Shown here: positions 36,261-42,188 of the stretch, in pieces | Numbering within the stretch: the first letter of the stretch is position 1 | Layout of the letters: every line of letters starts with the position of its first letter | Virus record (IMG/VR): IMGVR_UViG_3300048577_000526 | Coordinates: 1-42,188 of that record | Length of the DNA stretch: 42,188 nucleotides | Source of the DNA: a virus | Lineage: Duplodnaviria; Caudoviricetes | Direction: 5' to 3' (one strand) | Translations under genes and position numbers: made by a program | Notes under the pieces: model-generated | Database searches by the model: none | Told to the model about the DNA's origin: nothing | The model's input: the letters and a program-made list of their open reading frames with translations, nothing else

Positions 36261-37427
36261 ATGCTGACATTGATGATTGCCGGACGCCTTCTCGAAGGCT
36301 GGACGGCGGTGAGCGTCAGCCGGGCGGTCGATAGCGCGGCGTCGAGCTTCGATATCGAGCTGACCGAGAAGTGGTCGCCGAAGAAAACCGAGGGTGGCGG
36401 TAGCGAACCTTTTGCCGGGCAGATCCGGCCGGGAGCACCCTGCCGCGTCCTGCTCGATGGGGATCTGGTGATCACGGGTTATGTCGATACCTATAGCCCG
36501 AGCTATGACGCTACCACGCACTCGGTTCGCGTGGCCGGCCGAAGCCGCACGGGGGATGTGGTCGATTGCTCGGCGGTCGTGCCGGGCGGTCAATTCAGTG
36601 GCTATGACGTTGCACAGATCGCCGAGCGTTTGTGCAGCGAGGTCGGCGTTGGTGTCGTTGTTGAATCCAGTCCTGGCGCGCCGTTTCCGGACGTCCAGGT
36701 GCAGCAGGGGGAGAGCATCTTTGAACTCATCGAAAGGCTGTGCCGCCTGCGGGCGCTTCTGGTCTGCGACAATGAAGCTGGAAATCTCGTCCTTACCCGC
36801 GCTGGCATCCGAAGCTCTGGCGGCACGCTACGGCAAGGCGACAATATCCTTACCGCCACCGCCGATCTCTCAGTCGGCGAACGATTCAGCGACTACATCG
36901 TCAAGGGGCAGCAGGCTTCAAGCGACGATGTCAATGGGCTTGAGGCGACTGAAACGGTAGCGCGCATTCACGATCCCGGCGTCGACCGATACCGGCCCAA
37001 GCTGATCGTGGCCGAGGGCCAGGCGGACGTGGCAACGGCGCGGGACCGCGCCAATTGGGAGAAGCTGACGCGTGGGGCGAACGGCGTTCGCGCCACCATC
37101 ACTGTCCAGGGGTGGCGGGATGCCGTCTCTGGCCGACTGTGGCGGGCGAATGAGATGGTCGCTGTGGAATCGCCCTGGCTGGGGCTGACGCGGGATCTGC
37201 TGATCGCCGCTGTCAATTACCGGCTGGACGAGGGCGGCACGGTCGCGGAGCTGACGCTGGCGCCGCCCGAGGCCTTCACGCCGGAGCCGGCCTCGCCGGA
37301 CAGCGCAAGCGGTGGCGGCGGGCTGTGGTCGATCCTTGACGGCGAGGGTGCGTTGACCCCGCCGGTGGGCCGTGTCGAGGGCAATGATCTGGATCTCACC
37401 GCACCGGTGCGGGCGGGGCCGCGTTAA
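36261..37427 (+). CDS. Baseplate hub protein (Mu gp44/P-like)
   Basis: 'GWTAVSVSR..FDIELTE', 'VITGYVD', 'GRSRTGDVVDCS', 'ERFSDYIVKGQ' and 'TVQGWR'. Confidence 0.88.
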   Translation: MLTLMIAGRLLEGWTAVSVSRAVDSAASSFDIELTEKWSPKKTEGGGSEPFAGQIRPGAPCRVLLDGDLVITGYVDTYSPSYDATTHSVRVAGRSRTGDVVDCSAVVPGGQFSGYDVAQIAERLCSEVGVGVVVESSPGAPFPDVQVQQGESIFELIERLCRLRALLVCDNEAGNLVLTRAGIRSSGGTLRQGDNILTATADLSVGERFSDYIVKGQQASSDDVNGLEATETVARIHDPGVDRYRPKLIVAEGQADVATARDRANWEKLTRGANGVRATITVQGWRDAVSGRLWRANEMVAVESPWLGLTRDLLIAAVNYRLDEGGTVAELTLAPPEAFTPEPASPDSASGGGGLWSILDGEGALTPPVGRVEGNDLDLTAPVRAGPR

Positions 37428-37453
37428 GTAAACCTGGGCTGACGAGGCTGGAA

Positions 37454-38020
37454 ATGGTGAAGGATGCCTTGCGCGACCTCATCCGCCGCACGCGGATGAG
37501 CATTGGCCGCGCCGTCCTGGCGGCGATCAATGACGCCACCGGCCTGCAGGAGACACAGATCCGGCTGATGCAGGACGAGGTCAAGGGGGGTGTCGCTCAC
37601 CTGCAGAGCTACGGTCTCACGGTCCACCCGCTGCCGGGGGCCGAGGGCCTTGTGCTCTTTGTCGGCGGCAACCGCGATCATGGTGTGGCGATCAAGTTTG
37701 ACGATCGGCGCTTCCGTATCCGCAACCTGGCGCCGGGCGAGGTCGCGGTCTACACACACGAGAATCTGCTGGAAGGAGGGCATCGCATCGTCCTCCGTAA
37801 GAATCAGGATCTCGAAGTGGCGATCGGCCGCGACATCAACAGCGACGTCGGGCGCGACGTGAACGAGACGGTGGGTCGCGACCATATCGAGGAAGTTGCT
37901 CGGACGTGGAAGGTAACGGCCGGTGAGCGCGCGGAAATCGTGGTCGGCAGCAGCAAGATCGAAGTCCTGCCGGACCGAATTCGCCTCACGACGCCGCTCT
38001 ATGAAGCGTTCAAGGCATAG
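37454..38020 (+). CDS. Baseplate spike protein (Mu gp45/gpV-like)
   Basis: 'HLQSYGLTVHPLPGAE..GGNRDHGV..DDRRFR..LAPGEVAVY'. Confidence 0.88.
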   Translation: MVKDALRDLIRRTRMSIGRAVLAAINDATGLQETQIRLMQDEVKGGVAHLQSYGLTVHPLPGAEGLVLFVGGNRDHGVAIKFDDRRFRIRNLAPGEVAVYTHENLLEGGHRIVLRKNQDLEVAIGRDINSDVGRDVNETVGRDHIEEVARTWKVTAGERAEIVVGSSKIEVLPDRIRLTTPLYEAFKA

Positions 38021-38030
38021 GATCTAGGCG

Positions 38031-38303
38031 ATGACATATGGCGTCGCGGTTCAGAACCTCGACTATGCGGGCGGTCAGCAGCTGATCGAAGTCAACGACT
38101 GGCACCTGATCGAAGGCAAACGGATCGTGGTACTGGGGGACCTTGTCGAGAGCCACGGTAGTTCTCCGCACTCGCCCCCGCCACCAATGGTTCAGTGTTC
38201 GGATTGGTACTTCGTGGGCGGGATCGGCGTGTGTCGCGAGGGCCATTTGGCGGCGTGTGGCCACGCGACCACGGGCCGGCCTTGGTATCGCATTTCATCG
38301 TGA
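38031..38303 (+). CDS. PAAR-like spike tip protein
   Basis: 'IVVLGDLVESH..H..VGGIGVCREGHLAACGH' with His/Cys candidate metal ligands; directly after the spike gene. Confidence 0.65.
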   Translation: MTYGVAVQNLDYAGGQQLIEVNDWHLIEGKRIVVLGDLVESHGSSPHSPPPPMVQCSDWYFVGGIGVCREGHLAACGHATTGRPWYRISS

Positions 38304-38309
38304 GGGCGC

Positions 38310-38786
38310 ATGGTCGATTTCTCGCATACTTGGTCGGCGGCGGCGCTCTCGGGCGATTGGCTGCTGGAGCCGCCGGGGCTCTCGGCGGAGGCGGATCTGC
38401 GCACGGCGGTCATCATCTCGTTGATGACTGATCGCCTGGCGTTGGTCGACGATCCGCTCCCCGATGAGGCGACGACGCGTCGGGGCTGGTGGGCCGATAC
38501 CGGGGCGCCGGGTCTGGAGGTGGGCAACATCGGCTCGCGGCTGTGGCTGCTCTGCCGGGAAAAGCGCACCGAGGACGTGCGGCGCCGGGCGATCGAATAT
38601 TCGCGGGAAGCCCTGCGATGGTTGATCGATGACGGCATCGCCAAGTCGATCGAGGTCGAGGCCGAATGGAACGGCATCGATCGCCTCGATCTTCTCATCA
38701 CCATCTACCGCAACGACGGCGAGCCGATCCGGCAGCGCCTCGATTGGGTATGGGATCAATTGAACGGGCTTTCATCGCCCACCTGA
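38310..38786 (+). CDS. Baseplate protein, Mu gp46-like
   Basis: 'LRTAVIISLMTDR..RRGWWAD..IGSRLWLL.REK..EALRWLIDDG'. Confidence 0.9.
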   Translation: MVDFSHTWSAAALSGDWLLEPPGLSAEADLRTAVIISLMTDRLALVDDPLPDEATTRRGWWADTGAPGLEVGNIGSRLWLLCREKRTEDVRRRAIEYSREALRWLIDDGIAKSIEVEAEWNGIDRLDLLITIYRNDGEPIRQRLDWVWDQLNGLSSPT

Positions 38787-38808
38787 CGGATCAGCCCGAG
38801 GAATTAGA

Positions 38809-39903
38809 ATGTTTCAGCGACCGACCTTGACTGAGCTGCGCCAGCGCAGCGCGGCGGATTTCAGTGCGCGCCTGCCGGGGGCGGATTCGCGTCTCCGTCA
38901 CAGCAACATCCGCGTCTCCTCGGAAGTGATGGCGGGCCTGACGCATTTGGCTTACGGCCGCCTCGAATGGGTCGTGCAGCAGACGATCCCCGACACGGCT
39001 AACGCACAGTTCCTGGAGCGCTGGTGCACCATCTTCGGCCTCGCCCGGAAGGGTGCGGTGCGGGCATCGGGCACTATTCGCTTCACGGGTCAGGACGGTG
39101 CCGAGATCGCGCTCGGCTCGGAGGTCCAATCGGGCGCGGTGAACGGCGTTCGCGTCCTTTACCGCACGACCGACGACGCCATCATTGCTGGCGGGGAGGC
39201 GATCGTGCCGGCCGAGGCGGTGTCGCCGGGTGCTGCCGGCAATCTGGACGACGGGGTGACGGTGACGCTGATTGCCGCCCTGCCGGCGATCGTCGCCCAG
39301 GCGACGCTGCAGTCGGCCATGACGGGCGGCGCCGACGAGGAGCCGGACGAAGAGCTCCGCGCTCGGCTGCTCTTCGAGCTGCAGAAGCCGCCGCATGGCG
39401 GCAATGCCAATGATTACATCCGCTGGGCCTTGGAGGTTCCGGGTGTCACGCGGGCCTGGGTCTCGCCGCTGGAATTCGGCGCCGGCACAGTGGTTGTGCG
39501 GTTCATGATGGACCGCGTGCGCGCCGATGACGATGGCTTCCCGCAGGGGGATGGCTGGCCCACCTACACCGACGATCTGGCGGAGGTGGCCGATCACATC
39601 GCGCCGCTGCGGCCGGTGACGGCCAACGTCTTCGTAGTGGCGCCCGTGCCGCACCCGATCAATGTGACGGTCAAGGGACTCACGCCGGATACCCCGGAAA
39701 CCCGGCTCGCCGTCGAGCTGGAGCTTCGGGATCTGCTGCTGCGTTCGGCAGCACCGGGCCTCACCATTCCGCGCTCCTGGCTGTGGGCCGCGATCGCCTC
39801 GGCCTCGGGGGAATACCGGCACGAGGTTCTTGTGCCGGCGGCCGATGTCACGGTGTCGATCGGCGATCTCGCGACGCTGGGCACGCTCACCTTTACCGCT
39901 TGA
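38809..39903 (+). CDS. Baseplate J/gp47 protein
   Basis: 'FQRPTL', 'GGADEEPDEELRARLL..PPHGGNANDYIRWALEVPGVTRAWV'. Confidence 0.92.
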   Translation: MFQRPTLTELRQRSAADFSARLPGADSRLRHSNIRVSSEVMAGLTHLAYGRLEWVVQQTIPDTANAQFLERWCTIFGLARKGAVRASGTIRFTGQDGAEIALGSEVQSGAVNGVRVLYRTTDDAIIAGGEAIVPAEAVSPGAAGNLDDGVTVTLIAALPAIVAQATLQSAMTGGADEEPDEELRARLLFELQKPPHGGNANDYIRWALEVPGVTRAWVSPLEFGAGTVVVRFMMDRVRADDDGFPQGDGWPTYTDDLAEVADHIAPLRPVTANVFVVAPVPHPINVTVKGLTPDTPETRLAVELELRDLLLRSAAPGLTIPRSWLWAAIASASGEYRHEVLVPAADVTVSIGDLATLGTLTFTA

Positions 39904-39931
39904 GCCTGTATTGAATTGAGGGTCAGAAAAC

Positions 39932-40549
39932 ATGGCGCGCATTGATCCTCTTTGCGGCCTGACGGTCGACGACTTTGCGGCGCTGGCGCTCGATCTCCTG
40001 CCGCAGGGTTACGCCTGGCCGCGAGATCCGGAGACAGTTCTCTACCGCTTCTGGCAGGCGGTGGCCGAAGAGCAGCGGCGGCTTCACGATCGCGGCTGCC
40101 AGTTGTTGGAAGTCGAGAGTTTTCCATGCTCCGCGGTCGAGCTCTTGCCCGATTGGGAGCGTGTATTCGGTCTGCCGGACGAATGCACGCCGGCCGGCTT
40201 GAGCCTTGCCGAAAGACAGATCGCGCTCTGTTTGAAGATCGCCATGCGAGGCCGTCAAGATCCGGATTTCTTTGTCGAAATCTCTGCGCTCGTGGGCTTC
40301 GAAGTCGAGATCATCGAGCGCTTTCCCGACCGCGTTGGCTTGGCGCGAGCGGGGTGCGCGACAGTCGCAGATTGTCCTTACTGGTGGACGGTTCGTGTCC
40401 TCAACCAAACGGTCTCCTATGCCAAGGCCGGCTGCAGCGTTGCCGGTCTCGGTCTCTGCATCCCGCCCAACATTGACCTTCTGCGTTGCGTGATCCGCCG
40501 CGCAGCGCCCGCCCACACCATCGTCACGTTCGAGTTCCCGGAGGACTAA
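39932..40549 (+). CDS. Baseplate wedge protein, Mu gp48/YmfQ (DUF2313)
   Basis: 'LLPQGYAWPRD', 'ELLPDWERVFGLPD' and 'PAHT'. Confidence 0.88.
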   Translation: MARIDPLCGLTVDDFAALALDLLPQGYAWPRDPETVLYRFWQAVAEEQRRLHDRGCQLLEVESFPCSAVELLPDWERVFGLPDECTPAGLSLAERQIALCLKIAMRGRQDPDFFVEISALVGFEVEIIERFPDRVGLARAGCATVADCPYWWTVRVLNQTVSYAKAGCSVAGLGLCIPPNIDLLRCVIRRAAPAHTIVTFEFPED

Positions 40550-40550
40550 T

Positions 40551-41426
40551 ATGTATCGTATTGACGTAGCCACCGCTGTTGCCGTGAAGCCGGGCTATCC
40601 TGCCGGCGGCGTTGGCGGTTTCTTTGCCAACTGCAATCCGGGCGAAGGGTTCCCGGGTACGACCCTCGACGCATACTTCCTTAATCGCGTGCAGGAAGAG
40701 ATCTGCAACGTCATTGTCGGCGCTGGCATTGCCCTCAATCCGGCAACGGACAATCAGCTTTTCCTGGCTATCCAGAATCTGATTCTGGGCGCCGTTCCGC
40801 TTTTGCCGGATTACGGCAAGCGGCCGGTTGTCAGTTCGGCAACGCATCACACCGTCGATGTAGATGACGATCTGAATGCGGTTATCGACTTCACGGCGGG
40901 CGGAACGAATTGTGTCTTGCCGGCATCGACGCCAAATCTCGGCTTTCCGTTGACGATCGTGAACTCAGCTGCGGCTGGGCAGGTGTCGCTGGTCCCGAAC
41001 GGCAGTGACACCGTTGACGGCTTTCCTGATCGTAAGCTGGGGCCAGGCGACAGGGTTGATATCATCGCTATCGGCGGTGCCTGGCGCTCGATCGGCGGGT
41101 GGTATTCAGAAACCAGCGGTGAGCAAGTCGTCACTCTCGGCGTCGGCGGTATCGTCAGTCACGGACTTCGCAAGCGGCCGGAAATCGTGAAGTCCTGGCT
41201 GCGGTGCAAGAGTGCTGAACTCGGGTACGCGGTCAATGATGAGGTTGACCTTTCCGTTGCAACGGCCGGTGGTGTCGGGGGTATGAGCGTCATGAGCGAT
41301 GCCAGCATTCTGCGCTACAGCATCGGCAATCCATACGGCATCTCGATCAATCCGAGAGATGGCGGCGCCTACCAATATGTGACGCCATCGAATTGGCGCT
41401 TGCTGTTGAAATCATTCGTACGCTGA
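40551..41426 (+). CDS. Tail fibre / receptor-binding protein
   Basis: Mu/SfV-type N-terminus 'MYRID..GFF..NP..T..A.FLNRVQEEICNVI..GI.LN..NQL..AI' followed by a divergent C-terminus. Confidence 0.8.
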   Translation: MYRIDVATAVAVKPGYPAGGVGGFFANCNPGEGFPGTTLDAYFLNRVQEEICNVIVGAGIALNPATDNQLFLAIQNLILGAVPLLPDYGKRPVVSSATHHTVDVDDDLNAVIDFTAGGTNCVLPASTPNLGFPLTIVNSAAAGQVSLVPNGSDTVDGFPDRKLGPGDRVDIIAIGGAWRSIGGWYSETSGEQVVTLGVGGIVSHGLRKRPEIVKSWLRCKSAELGYAVNDEVDLSVATAGGVGGMSVMSDASILRYSIGNPYGISINPRDGGAYQYVTPSNWRLLLKSFVR

Positions 41427-41454
41427 CGATCATTCTCTAACGGGCAGAATCATC

Positions 41455-41838
41455 ATGAATCTGGCGTCTCACACCTTCTCCTGTCAGCAGGGAGATACCT
41501 TTCGGCAGGTTCTGGAGTTGCATCAGAACGTTGAAGGAGGGCCGCTCCTGGATCTCAGCGGCTACACCGCGCGCATGCAGATTCGTGACGGATTTGATGG
41601 CGCTGTGTCGGCCGAGCTGTCGACGGTGAGTGGTGGCATCGTGATCGAGGCCAGTGATGGGCTAATCATTCTGACGATGTCGGCCGCGCAGACTGCGGAG
41701 CTATCTCTGGATTGCGAAACGGGGATCTTTCCGCCGACCAAGAACTATGTCTACGACCTCGAAATCACGTCCGCTGACGGCGTGGTCACAACGATTCTGC
41801 GCGGCTACTTTTCCGTTATCGGCGGGGTGACACGGTGA
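41455..41838 (+). CDS. Virion structural / fibre-adaptor protein ('QGDTF..DLSGYTARMQIR..YVYDLEI' family)
   Basis: Motif set typical of tail-associated beta-sandwich proteins; in the tail-fibre region. Confidence 0.7.
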   Translation: MNLASHTFSCQQGDTFRQVLELHQNVEGGPLLDLSGYTARMQIRDGFDGAVSAELSTVSGGIVIEASDGLIILTMSAAQTAELSLDCETGIFPPTKNYVYDLEITSADGVVTTILRGYFSVIGGVTR

Positions 41839-42188
41839 CCGATCCATTCCTCATCACGGTTCGGGAGGCGCTCGAAACGATCGTAGTTGTCGTCAAGCAG
41901 GCGGCGCCGATTGTGGTTGTCGTGATGAGCGGTGGCGCCCAGGTCGATGGCATTGACGACGTGCCGGGCCTGACGGATGCGCTCAGCAATAAGGCGGCGT
42001 CGGTTCACGGCCATGCCATTGCCGACGTGACCGGCCTCCAGGCAACACTCGATGGCAAGGCCTCGGTGACGCACGCCCATGCGATCTCCGATGTCACCGG
42101 TCTGCAGGGCGAGCTGGACGGCATCGATACCGCACTTGCCGGAAAGGCGGCGTCGGTTCACGGCCATGCCATTGCCGACGTGACCGGC
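41835..42188 (+). CDS. Tail-fibre protein with 'HxHAIADVTGLQ' phage-tail repeats; partial, runs off the window
   Basis: GTG at 41835 is coupled to the previous stop. The frame is open to the window end: '..KAASVHGHAIADVTGLQATLDGKASVTHAHAISDVTGLQGELDG..KAASVHGHAIADVTG'. Confidence 0.8.
   Translation, partial: MTDPFLITVREALETIVVVVKQAAPIVVVVMSGGAQVDGIDDVPGLTDALSNKAASVHGHAIADVTGLQATLDGKASVTHAHAISDVTGLQGELDGIDTALAGKAASVHGHAIADVTG
41991..42188 (+). repeat. Exact 45-bp direct repeat within the fibre gene
   Basis: AAGGCGGCGTCGGTTCACGGCCATGCCATTGCCGACGTGACCGGC at 41991-42035 and 42144-42188. Confidence 0.9.

Larger units (their letters stand above)
3470..42188. mobile_element. Temperate prophage (lambda-like head and immunity, Mu-like contractile tail) integrated at tRNA-Gln; continues beyond the window
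   Basis: The integrase stop lies 7 bp after the tRNA CCA. An ordered set of early, immunity, replication, packaging, head, tail and baseplate genes follows. attR is not in the window. Confidence 0.95.

Noticed and set aside
7655-39153. Reading the 15-bp palindromes as a CRISPR array, terminators or REP elements
   Set aside because: They are kilobases apart with no spacer periodicity, have a 1-nt centre and no U tract, and several lie within coding sequence. A protein-binding site fits better, although a host repeat cannot be excluded without the full genome.
31007-40549. Tailocin, T6SS or GTA interpretation of the contractile tail and PAAR genes
   Set aside because: Head, terminase, replication, immunity and integrase modules are all present, so this is a genuine prophage.
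41991-42188. 45-bp repeat as a DGR template/variable repeat pair
   Set aside because: The copies are identical and in frame, with no adenine-specific differences, and no reverse transcriptase is in the window.

Overview
High-GC, alphaproteobacterial-looking chromosomal window. It opens with a host AcrB/AcrD/AcrF-family RND transporter (1..3171) and a tRNA-Gln(CTG) (3396..3469). From about 3470 to the window end lies an apparently intact temperate prophage integrated at the tRNA 3' end. Leftward early operon: tyrosine integrase, Xis-like protein, ASCH protein, SNF2 helicase, PD-(D/E)XK-like protein, SSB, HD hydrolase, beta-clamp, XRE-HTH/ParB fusion and small ORFs. Immunity region: lambda-like cI/cro switch with five recognisable 19-bp operators. 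Rightward early operon: CII-like, GapR/DUF2312, CHC2-Toprim primase, amino-methyltransferase, D5/P4 helicase, a candidate origin and a late regulator. Late region: lambda-like cos, terminase, portal, S49 protease, decoration protein and capsid, joined to a Mu-like contractile tail and baseplate with a -1 frameshifting tail chaperone. The window ends inside a repeat-containing tail-fibre gene; attR and lysis genes are not visible. The most striking unexplained signal is a 15-bp palindrome, GCGAACG(G/C)CGTTCGC, in 6 perfect and several near-perfect copies across the prophage, both intergenic and inside genes. With the ParB that has no ParA partner here, it suggests a KorB/O_B-like or dispersed-parS CTPase-clamp system in an integrating prophage. 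All calls come from reading the sequence; no database search was run.
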